In this document: piece after piece, positions 1-9,822 of the stretch
Layout: the number at the start of each line of letters is the position of its first letter
Numbering within the stretch: the first letter of the stretch is position 1
Translations under genes and position numbers: made by a program
The notes under the pieces: generated by a model
Seen by the model: the letters and a program-made list of their open reading frames with translations, nothing else
Databases searched by the model: none
Told to the model about the DNA's origin: nothing
Source: Cetorhinus maximus
Taxonomy: Eukaryota
Direction of reading: 5' to 3'
Length of the DNA: 64,000 bases
Assembly: GCF_964194155.1 (NCBI RefSeq)
Contig: NC_135916.1
Span: 1,178,001 to 1,242,000, forward strand

Positions 1-321
1 AGATGGACCACCCGACATTGAGTGAGGCACCGGAAACAAAAATGACTAAACACAGCCCCGTTGACCCTGAGGGTAGATGGGAACACCTCCAGCTAGAATT
101 TCCACTCCAAGTCACTCCACCATCCTGACTTGGAAATATATCCTGTTCCTTCACTGTTGCTGGGGAAAAAATTTGGAATTGACTCCCTAACAGCACTGTG
201 GGTGTACCTACACCACGTGGACAGCAGGGGTTCAAGAAAGCAGCTCACCACCACCTTCTCAAGGGCAACTAAATGGTGGCACAGCCAGCAAAGCCACATC
301 CCGTGAATGAATTTAAAAAAA
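1..321 (+). mobile_element. 3' part of tRNA-derived SINE with LINE-derived tail
   Basis: Near-identical to the 3' part of the SINE at 59041-59665; tail CAGCTCACCACCACCTTCTCAAGGGCAAC...CACATCCCGTGAATGAATTTAAAAAAA. Confidence 0.7.
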
Positions 322-1194
322 GATATTATATGGGATCTTTGGTGTTGAATTTATGGTGTTGCTTTATGAATGCTGGGTGCACTGAAGGATGAATTCTGTA
401 AATTTCAATCAGCTTTAATACCTGGTATTTAAATTACAGGCGATGTTCTACTCTTGTGACATGAAAGGGCTGCCCTTCAATCTGATAATGGCTGTGATTG
501 TTGACTGCAATTGGTGGACCTGCAATTCAGCAGTACTGAGTAGGAGTGTACTGTAGTAAAATTATTCCACCTCCCCTGAGTGTCTGACCATTGGATGGAG
601 CATTTGTACCTGGGTTTGAGATCAATTTGAGCCTGACTATTTCTGTTCTCGGTGATGGTGGAGCTGATGTTCTGTCTGTATCTCTGCACTCTCGGAGTAA
701 CATCGTACCTGCTGTCAGTTAGAAAGAGGTGGCTAGACGTTTATTTTTCCTGGGATATCATCAGCTTGAAACTGATCCCTTCATTGATTTGCCTGGAGGA
801 AGAAACATAAGTCTTGTAACACAAAATCAGCAGAGGACATTGAAAGACAATAGGTCAACATAATCTTTCAACTGACAATAAATAAAAAAAATATATCTAG
901 ATGCAAAACATAACGATACAATAAATACTACAGTGTCTGATTCCACGTCAGCAACCTGCTTTGGTAGTTTTCAAGCAATTGAGTGACACTCAGAAACAAT
1001 CCACATCTGTATGGCTCCAAGGGTGACACTCCCCGAGGATACAAAGACAGTTCAGATATCAATATCCAGCTCTCAGCCGGTGCTAAAATGTTTATATCTT
1101 AATAGCTGGTGCTTCCAAAGCGTGACCCCTACATGGTTACTCTCCTCCTTACTCTCTGCCTGTTACCACTGTTCACTGTCCAAATGCCGACAAG

Positions 1195-1560
1195 TTGCAT
1201 GAATCAGCAGCTATACTTGGAATATGCATTACAGGTTTGAGGGGAGAAAATCCCAATAGTTTACAATTGCAGCTTGCTCAGGTTCTGTCTCCCTCAGCAG
1301 GGCCACACACAGCCCCATAAAGGCCTCTCCACGACCACCCGCTCACTCCAAGTTCCGGAACACGTTCCGCTTCGCTCCGCCTCTTACAAACAGCCCCCGG
1401 TTCTCCCTGAACTTACCCCGAGTCAATGATGATTTCTGTGTCCACACTGACAAACCGGTGCCCTGCTGGAATCAGAACGCTGTTTACTCGCTTACCCGGG
1501 CCCTAAGATTTCCATTTCTATCTGTTTGAAACAAAGGTCTCCCGCTCACTGAGTGAAAGG
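1195..1560 (-). other. Conserved ~350-bp element, candidate first exon(s) of a minus-strand transcript (unit 1)
   Basis: Nearly identical at 20115, 44885 and 60540, while the unit 1/2/3 flanks are clearly diverged. Minus-strand donors GG|GTAAGC (1495) and GG|GTAAGT (1416); ATG in gaaATGg context at 1515. Confidence 0.6.
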
Positions 1561-1593
1561 CCCTCAAAGGTCAGTTCTTGGGAGAAATGAGGG

Positions 1594-1700
1594 GCGCATG
1601 CGCTCTTCTAGCCATGTCTGAGGAAACAGAAGGAGGGCAGCAATGCGCAAGCGCTTCCCTGGAACAGACGTCACAGAACAAACGTCTTTTGCTCCGCCCC
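1594..1700. promoter_or_regulatory. NRF1-type promoter (two GCGCATGCGC-like sites, CRE half-site, GC box)
   Basis: GCGCATGCGC 1594-1603, TGCGCAAGCGC 1644-1654, ACGTCA 1668-1673, CTCCGCCCC 1692-1700. The NRF1 pair recurs in all four units. Confidence 0.6.
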
Positions 1701-1864
1701 TCAGTCAATGTTCTCCAGCTTGAGCATCACAATGGGTCTGTGTGGAACGGGCAGAGTTTCAGGCAGGTGGACGATTCCTGAATGAAGCTCAAACTGATAT
1801 CGCTCCCTGCAGCATCTTAGCTGTTCATTCACCGGTTTAGGAAACCAATCCGCCCAGTGAATCT

Positions 1865-3847
1865 ATGTCAAAAAAAAACAGAATTACCTGGAAAAACTCA
1901 GCAAGTCTGGCAGCATCGGCGGAGAAGAAATCAGTTAACGTTTCGAGCCGTCTCAATTTCTCTGCTCCTCTCACCCATTCTAATCTGTCTCTCTCTGAAC
2001 TCACTGCACTCCGTTCTCTCAGGTCCAACCCCAACATTGTCATCAAACCCGCTGACAAATGTGGTACTGTTGTTGTCTGGCGCATGGACCTCTACCTCGC
2101 GGAGGCTGAGCGTCAACTCGCAGACGTTTCCTCCTACCTCTCCCTGGACCATGACCCCACCACAGAACATCAAGCCATTGTTTCCAGGACTGTCACTGAC
2201 CTCATCTCCTCTGGAGATCTTCCTCCCACAGCTTCCAACTTGATAGTCGCCCAACCTCGGATGGCCTGCTTCTACCTCCTACCCAATATCCACAAACAGA
2301 ACTGTCCTGGCAGACCGATCGTGTCAGCCTGTTCCTGCCCCACGGAACTCATTTCTCGTTATCTTGACTCCCTTCTCTCTCCCCTTGTCCAGTCCCTTCC
2401 CACCTACATCCGTGATTCCTCTGACACCTTACGTCACATCAACAATTTCCAGTTCCCTGGCCCCAACCGCTTCCTCTTCACCATGGATGTCCAATCCCTC
2501 TACACCTCCATCCCCCACCAGGATGGTCTGAGGGCCCTCAGCTACTTCCTTGAACAGAGGCCCCAACAATCCCCATCCACCACTACTCTCCTCCGTCTGG
2601 CTGAACTTGTTCTCACACTGAACAATTTCTCCTTTAACTCCTCTCACTTCCTCCAAATAAAAGGTGTGGCTATGGGTACCCGCATGGGCCCCAGCTATGC
2701 CTGTCTCTTTATGGGGAATGTGGAACATTCCTTGTTCCAGTCCTACTCCGGCCCCCTCCCACAACTCTTTCTCCGGTACATCGATGATTACTTCGGTGCT
2801 GCTTCATGCTCTCGTCGGGACCTGGAAAAATTTAGTAATTTTGCTTCCAATCTCCACCCCTCCATCATCTTCACATGGTCCATCTCTGACATTTCTCTTC
2901 CCTTCCTTGACCTCTCTGTCTCAATTTCTGATGATAGACTGTCCACCAATATCCATTACAAGCCTACCGACTCCCACAGCTACCTCGACTACAGCTCCTC
3001 ACACCCCGCTTCCTGTAAAGACTCCATCCCATTCTCTCAGTTCCGTCGCCTCCGTCGCATCTGTTCTGATGACGCCACTTTCAAAAACAGCTCCTCTGAC
3101 ATGTCCTCCTTCTTCCTTAACCGAGGTTTTCCATCCACGGTCGTTGACAGGGCCCTCAACCGTGTCCGGCCCATATCCCGCGCATCCTCCCTCACGCCTT
3201 CTCCTCCTTCCCAGAAACATGATAGGGTCCCCCTTGTCCTCACTTATCACCCCACCAGCCTCCGCATTCAAAGGATCATCCTCCGCCATTTCCGCCAACT
3301 CCATCATGATGCCACCACCAAACACATCTTCCCTTCACCCCCCTTGACGGCATTCCGTAGGGATCGTTCCCTCCGGGACACCCTGGTCCACTCCTCCATC
3401 ACCCCCTATTCCTCAACCCCCACTTATGGCACCTCCCCATGACCACGCAGAAGATGCAACACCTGTCCCTTCACTTCCTCTCTCCTCACTGTCCAAGGGC
3501 CCAAACACTCCTTTCAAGTGAAGCAGCATTTCACTTGCATTTCCCCTAACTTAGTCTACTGCATTCGTTGCTCCCAATGCGGTCTCCTCTACATTGGAGA
3601 GACCAAACGCACACTGGGCGACCGTTTTGCGGAACAACTGCGGTCTGTCCGCAAGAAAGACCCAAACCTCCCTGTCGCTTGCCATTTCAACACTCCACCC
3701 TGTTCTCTTGCCAACATGTCTGTCCTTGGCTTGCTGCATTGTTCCAGTGAAGCCCAACGCAAACTGGAGGAACAGCACCTCATCTTCCGACTAGGCACTT
3801 TACAGCCCACTGGGCTGAATATTGAATTCAACAACTTTAGATCTTAA
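1865..3847 (+). pseudogene. Penelope RT + GIY-YIG endonuclease ORF broken by TGA at 3440-3442
   Basis: Motifs IKPADK, GRPIVS, TMDVQSLYTSIP, GVAMGTRMGP, RYIDD, FLDL; after the stop NLVYCIRC..LYIGET..RFAE. The other copy has TGC at this codon. Confidence 0.9.
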
Positions 3848-4358
3848 ACTCCCCCTCCCCCCATCCCCACCCCGTTTCTTTCCCCCACCCCCCCACCCGC
3901 TTTTTTTTCAATAATTTATATAGATTCTTCTTTCCCCACCTATTTCCATTATTTTTAAATCTAAAACTAAAACCTTGTTAGTCTTTCCACCCCACCCCCA
4001 CTAGAGCTGTACTTTGAATATCCTGTTTTCCATTCTTAATTAGCACTTTTCTCAGACAAAGACCACCACCTTCAACACCTCTTTGATCCTTTTGTCTGTG
4101 ACGACTTTTGATTATCTGCTCACACCACACCCTCAATGTGTCTCTTTCCCCCCCCCCCCACCCCACCCACCTTAAACCAATTTATATTTCTCCCTTGTTG
4201 AAACTATGCTGCAGTTCTGCCGAAGGGCCATGAAGGCTCAAAACGTTAACTGATTTCTTCTCCGCCGATGCTGCCAGACTTGCTGAGTTTTTCCAGGTAA
4301 TTCTGTTTTTGTTTTGGATTTCCAGCATCCGCAGTAGCTTTCAGCTTTTTGTTTTTAT
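1869..4358 (+). mobile_element. Penelope-like retroelement, 5'-truncated, with inverted pLTR piece
   Basis: RT plus GIY-YIG coding region; 1870-1949 is the reverse complement of 4235-4310; 14-bp TSD CAGTGAATCTATGT at 1855-1868 and 4359-4372; empty site in unit 2 near 20760. Confidence 0.92.
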
Positions 4359-5184
4359 CAGTGAATCTATGTGTTTGCTGTGACCAGGCAGAAGTTAATG
4401 TCTGGTCTTAAAAGTCACTGTTTAATATAATCAGTTTGAACCTCTCAGTCACTGAGTGTCAATTCGAACATTTTGTGTCCAAAGTTTAAAGAGAGCTCCA
4501 GAGGTTATGGATCATTACATTTCGGATACTATTCACCTCACCCACTGGCATTACTTCTGTTTGTGTGATAGAAATGTGTCTGCCTTTGGCCCAGTAATAG
4601 CTGGAGCTGAATCACGTCATCTCTCACCTCTGTGGGTCTGTCAGTTTTAAATTAGTTTTCCCTATCAGGTTCAGAATCTTCGGTGTTTCAAAAAGGAAAC
4701 CTCTCAATCTTCTAAGTTCCAATGATTAAAAATTCAACTTGTTTATGATTCCCTCATTAGCCCACAGCATCATTTCAGGAATCTAGTCAGGAAAATTCAC
4801 TGAATAATTTCAATATAATTATATCCCTCTCTGGTTCTAAAAGATGTTTGGGACAAAATTATTAATTATCATATTTTTATAATCTTTTGAAATAATTATA
4901 AAATGTATGCCTCTATCCGATGATAGATGCGAGGGCCACTCATTGCTATATTGACACGTGGTAGCAATAGAGAGAGCGATTTCTCTGTTTCTCCCTCCCT
5001 TGCTCCTTTTATCTCCTTCACTCTTGCTCCCTCCCCCCCCTATCTCGCGACTTCTGTTACTAATGTTAATGATAGGTCAATATACACTGGCAATGTGAAC
5101 ACTCGCCCCGTGTTATGAGTCAGAATGTCACTGTTCCTTCTCCTCTCGGAAATTCAGGCCTGACATTTGATCTGATTACTAAAT

Positions 5185-5330
5185 TGATTTCAGGTGAAGA
5201 AGAGTCAGACTGACTCGAAAAGTTAACTCTGTCTTCCTCTCCACAGAGGCTCTCAGACCTGCTGAGTTTTTCCAGCTACTTTTGTTTTTGTTTCAGATTT
5301 CCAACACCCGCACTATTTTACTTTTATTTC
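5185..5330 (+). mobile_element. Penelope pLTR/3'-end fragment
   Basis: TGAAGAAGAGTC..GACTCGAAAAGTTAAC...CAGACCTGCTGAGTTTTTCCAGC..CAGATTTCCAAC, similar to 4217-4335. Confidence 0.7.
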
Positions 5331-5604
5331 ATCGGATCATCTCCAAACAAAAATCAAAACAAACTCTGAAAACACCTTTCATTTTCAGGAACGTGACTAT
5401 GCACGTCTTTGTGTTCATATATAACTGGCCCACTCTGGTTGTTGAGGTAGGGGTACATTGCAAACTGTGAAATTGTGACCTGTCAGTTCAGTAGGAGCAA
5501 CGTAAACAGGGAAGTCTGGAGGGACCGAAAGCAGTTAATTTGTATTGTCACCAGAAATAAAAATCTTGATGTGAGCTTTTCAGATAATAGCGTGAAATCA
5601 CATA

Positions 5605-6492
5605 TCACAGAATCACACAAAGTGCAGAAGAGGCCCTTCGGCCCATCGAGTCTGCACTGACACGTGAGAAACACCTGACCTACCGACTTAATCACATTTA
5701 CCAGCACATAGCCCATAGGCCTGAATGTTATGACTTGCCAAGTGCTCATCCAGGCACTTTTAAAAGGATGTGAGGCAACCCGCCATGACCACCCTCCCAG
5801 GCAGTGCATTCCAGACTGTCACCACCCTCTGGGTTAAAAAAGTTATTCCTCACAGTCGCCATGAACCACCTGCCCCTCACCTTGAACATATACCCCCTTG
5901 TGACTGACCCTTCAACTAAGGGGAACACCTGCTCCCTATCCATACTGTCTATGTCCCTCAGAATCTTGTACACCTCGATCAGGTCGCCCCTCAGCCCTCT
6001 CTGCTCCAACGTAAACAACACAAGAGAATCCAACCTCTTTTCATAACCTAAATGTTTCATACCAGGCCACATCCTGGTGAATCTGCTCTGCACCACCTCC
6101 AGTGCAATCACATCCTTCATATAATGTGGCCACCAGATTGTACTCCAGCTGTAGCCTCACCAAGGCTCTATACAACTCCAACATGACCTCCCTACTTTTG
6201 TAATCTATGCCTCGATTGATTAAGGCAAGTGTCTCATGTGCCTTTCCCCCACCCCACTAACATGCCCCTCCGCCTTCAGAGATCTAGGGATACACACGCC
6301 AAGGTCCCTTTGTTCCTCAGATCTTCCTAGTGTCATGCCGTTCATTGAATACTTCCTTGTCAAATTACTACTTCCATAGTGTATCACCTCACAGTTTTCA
6401 GGGTAAAACTCCATCTGCCACTTATCTGCCACTTGACCATCCCGTCTATATCTTCCTGTAGCCCAACACACTCAACCTCGCCGTTAAACACC
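5605..6492 (-). mobile_element. CR1-type LINE 3' fragment
   Basis: Minus ORFs ALEVVQSRFTRMWPGM..LRGDLIEVYKI and KWQMEFYPENCEVIHYG..RDLGV; absent from the paralogous site in units 2 and 3. Confidence 0.85.
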
Positions 6493-6719
6493 AATTTGCG
6501 AATGAGACCATCTACGGCTCCCATGCCTCAGAGAGCTAAACGTTCGCTGAGTTTACAATCGACAATATTCTTCATAGAAAAGGGCGCAAAGTACGAAAAA
6601 GAGGAGGAATTCACGCCTGAGAGATTCACATTATTGACCGTTGTTGCCTGTAAACATGTACATCTGAACATTGTCTAAGAGAGTGTTGGAACTGGGCGGG
6701 AGAGTCAGAGGAATGAAAC

Positions 6720-7135
6720 TGTGTTTGTGTGTCCGTTCTGATCATGAGATTTCCGAGTTCTGCTTGCCTAAACTAAAAATATTTTATATTCAAAAGTTCC
6801 CTCTTTTCCCCAGCTTGACGCCAAAGTGAGATTTAAAGACAATTTCTTTGTTGTTATCTAGATTTCAGTCGATAAGTAGAGGACATGTCAGAGATCGGGT
6901 GAAGGATCCGCAGTAAATCCGGTTTTAATCGAAACTCGAGTCTTCAGTTCGCGTCAAATCTTTTCAACAGCGAACATTACAATGTCAGAGAAAAGAAGGA
7001 TTCAGTCTGGGACACTGGAGAGCCGGAATTTCCATGGAATTGGGGAGTTTGTGAGGAGAGAAAAACACAGAGAGTCAGCAGCAGCCTGGAGCTGACAGCA
7101 GCCTGTCTCCGCCCCGTCCGCTCGCTGCCTTTAAG
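6720..7135 (+). promoter_or_regulatory. H1 promoter: TG box, H1 (AC) box, GC box, TATA-like
   Basis: TGTGTTT 6720-6726, AAACACA 7063-7069, CTCCGCCCC ~7107, TTTAAG ~7129; same layout in the other two H1 genes. Confidence 0.7.
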
Positions 7136-7215
7136 TTGCTCAGTGCCGCCACCAGCGGCTTCATTTCTGAGCCCGTTCAGATCGACAGAGACACTTTTGT
7201 GCAGAGTCCCGGAAC

Positions 7216-7803
7216 ATGACCGATACTGCAGCCGCCGAAACGGCTCCTCCAGCCGCTCCCGCCGCCCAGGTCAAGACTCCCAAGATGAAGAAGAAGGCGG
7301 CTCCCCGGAGCAGTGCAGCCGGTCCCAAGCTGGGCGAGCAGATCCTCAAGGTTGTGGCGGATTGCAGCGATCGCAAGGGGATGTCGCTGCCCGCGATCAA
7401 GAAGGCGCTGCGCGGCAAAGGGCTGGATGTGGAGAAACTGGGCTCCCAGATCAAGCAAAGCATCAAGAGGAATGTGAAGTATGGCTTCCTGGTTCAGGTC
7501 AAGGGCACGGGCGCCTCGGGCTCCTTCAAAGTCCCTAAGAACCCAACCCCGGGGAAAGTGGGAAAGAAGGCGAAGGCAGCAGCTGGCAAGAAATCTCCAG
7601 TGAAGAAAGCGGCAGCCAAGAAGGTGACAGCAAAGAAAGCAGCGGCCAAGAAGACTCCAGTCAAGAAAGCAACGGCCAAGAAGACTCCAGTCAAGAAAGC
7701 AACGGCCAAGAGGACTCCAGTCAAGAAAGCAGCGGCCAAGAAATCCCCAGCGAAGAAAGCAGCGGCCAAGAAAACAGCCAAGAAGGCGGCAACTCCCAAA
7801 TAG
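7216..7803 (+). CDS. H1: Histone H1, C-terminally truncated (195 aa; possible pseudogene)
   Basis: Globular domain ([25 protein letters not shown]) and K/A/P tail. AAG>TAG at 7801-7803; frame continues to the paralogous TAA at 7900-7902. Confidence 0.9.
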   Translation: MTDTAAAETAPPAAPAAQVKTPKMKKKAAPRSSAAGPKLGEQILKVVADCSDRKGMSLPAIKKALRGKGLDVEKLGSQIKQSIKRNVKYGFLVQVKGTGASGSFKVPKNPTPGKVGKKAKAAAGKKSPVKKAAAKKVTAKKAAAKKTPVKKATAKKTPVKKATAKRTPVKKAAAKKSPAKKAAAKKTAKKAATPK

Positions 7804-7959
7804 CCGGTGAAGAAAGCAGCCCCCAAGAAAAAGTCTCCGGCCAAGAAGGTGACGGGCGTCAAAAAAGTGGCGATAGCGAGGGCCAAGCCCAAAACGAGAT
7901 AAGCAAAGACAGAAAAGAAGGGAAAGATCCCGAGCAAATTGTAAACCTCTAAACCCAAA

Positions 7960-8000
7960 GGCTCTTTTCAGAGCCACCCACATTTCACATGAAAGAGCTG
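7960..8000 (+). terminator. Histone 3' stem-loop and U7-binding HDE (H1)
   Basis: GGCTCTTTTCAGAGCC-ACCCA, then AAAGAGCTG at 7992-8000. Confidence 0.95.
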
Positions 8001-8419
8001 ATCCCCTGATCATTTGATCCCTGTCTCGGGGCTGGGAGCTGATTTCAGATGGAAATGTTTCCTTATCCTCCCATCTAAATCCTATTTTCCCGCTCACTCA
8101 CTGACACACTCTCCACCCGTCCCCTCCCGCACTGTGCAATAAGACACAGGGATATCCTTACAGCTCCCTAAACGAGATGTGTCTGAGTGCATTCAATGTT
8201 TATCTTCGTTCCTTTATTCACATTTTCAGGGTCTGCAATGGAGTGATAATGGAGTAAAACCCCGTCTCACAACTAATAACCATACCTTTATATTTTCTCT
8301 AATTCTGTTGGATGAGGTGTCAAGCGAATTTCCCAATCCCATTTGGGGGTGTGGAAGGAAGGGTGAGGCTTGAGTCTAGAGATTTGTGTGTATAGAATAT
8401 TACAAGGATTGAAATAGAA

Positions 8420-8860
8420 GCAAAAACAAAAACAAAAATACCTGGAAAAACTCAGCAGGTCTGACAGCATGGGCGGAGAGGAACACAGTTTACGTTTCGA
8501 GTCCTCATGACCCTTCAACAGAACTAAGTAAAAGTAGAAAAGGGGTGAAATATAAGCTGGTTTAAGGGAGGGGGGTGGGACAAGAAGAGTTAGGTTGAGG
8601 GCCAGTGATAGGTGGAGATAACCAAATGATGTCCCAGACAACAGGACAAAGAGGTGTTGAGGGTGGTGATATTATCTAAAGGTATGTGCTAATTAAGTGT
8701 AGAAAGCAGGACAAGCAAGGTGCAGATAGCCCTAGTGGGGGTGGGGGTGGAGTGAACGAATCGAAACAGGCTAAAAGGTAGAGATAAAACAATGGATATA
8801 AATACATTTAAGAATATTGGAAATATGTGGGGAAAGAAAAATCTATATACATTATTGGAT
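8420..8860 (-). mobile_element. Penelope 3' UTR/pLTR fragment
   Basis: Reverse-complement similarity to 3905-4315 (CCTGGAAAAACTCAGCAGGTCTGACAGCAT..CGTTTCGAGTC); absent in units 2 and 3. Confidence 0.75.
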
Positions 8861-8934
8861 AAATAAATGCGTTTATGGCAGGCAGGAGGAGGAGCTGATT
8901 TACCAAAGACCTTGTTCTGACTGGTACTCAGTGT

Positions 8935-9034
8935 CTCCCGCCCCGTCTCTCACGCACACACAAACACACACACACACACTCTGTTTCTCTCTCTCTCTCC
9001 CTTCCTCAGTCAGGTCGGGGCGGGCTGTATAAAA
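8935..9034 (+). promoter_or_regulatory. H4 promoter
   Basis: GC box, (CA)n/(CT)n tract, TCAGGTC H4-element-like motif, GGGGCGGG, TATAAAA 9028-9034. Confidence 0.7.
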
Positions 9035-9081
9035 GCGGAACGTGAAGCCGCTCCCCACTCATTCAGCAGCGATTTGACTGA

Positions 9082-9402
<321 letters not shown>

Positions 9403-9435
9403 ACAAATCGACCCGACTCTCTAACAAAACCCAAA

Positions 9436-9451
9436 GGCTCTTCTAAGAGCC
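9436..9451 (+). terminator. Histone 3' stem-loop (H4)
   Basis: GGCTCTTCTAAGAGCC followed by GCCCA and a purine-rich GAGAGCAG. Confidence 0.93.
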
Positions 9452-9774
9452 GCCCACAACCTCACATTGAGAGCAGTGACCTCAGAGCAGGAGAGGAAAA
9501 GCGATATGTAGTTTTATATAAACACAGCGTTTCCATCTGCGCATTCTCCATTAACAATATAATCGTGAGTCACACAAAATTCATTGTTTAATTTATTTCG
9601 TTTTTCAGGAATTCGCTTCCTTTATACTTGCCGAATCTCGATTCAAAGCTTGACTGAGGAACACGACAGCTCCCAAACTAACACCGAGTTCACAAGATAA
9701 AGGCCATCATTTATTACACTTTAATCAGGAGTAACTATTTTGAGACACATCATTCTCGCTTCTTCGCCCCATTA

Positions 9775-9822
9775 TCACCCTGTCTTCTTTCTTCGCCATC
9801 TGTTCCTGGGTCGTTGAGACAT
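9775..9822 (-). CDS. Candidate 15-aa Arg/Lys-rich micropeptide MSQRPRNRWRRKKTG (unit 1)
   Basis: Same peptide in all three units with only synonymous differences; G at -3; downstream ATTAAA and AATAAA plus GU-rich tract on the minus strand. Confidence 0.35.
   Translation of the reverse strand: MSQRPRNRWRRKKTG

Larger units (their letters stand above)
1..4667 (+). repeat. Segmental / higher-order repeat, copy A
   Basis: Colinear and near-identical to 59344-64000 (offset about 59,340), including the same Penelope insertion and TSD. Confidence 0.95.

Noticed and set aside
1423-1450. Box C/D snoRNA (ATGATGA...CTGA) in the conserved element
   Set aside because: Boxes are under 20 nt apart, no suitably spaced terminal D box, no plus-strand host intron; a snoRNA scan could revisit it.
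2664-3347. 227-aa Ser/Pro/Thr-rich ORF inside the Penelope element
   Set aside because: Alternate frame of the C-rich RT sequence.
7177-8097. Long antisense and alternate-frame ORFs over H1, H3, H4 and H2A
   Set aside because: Shadows of GC-rich, repetitive histone codon usage.
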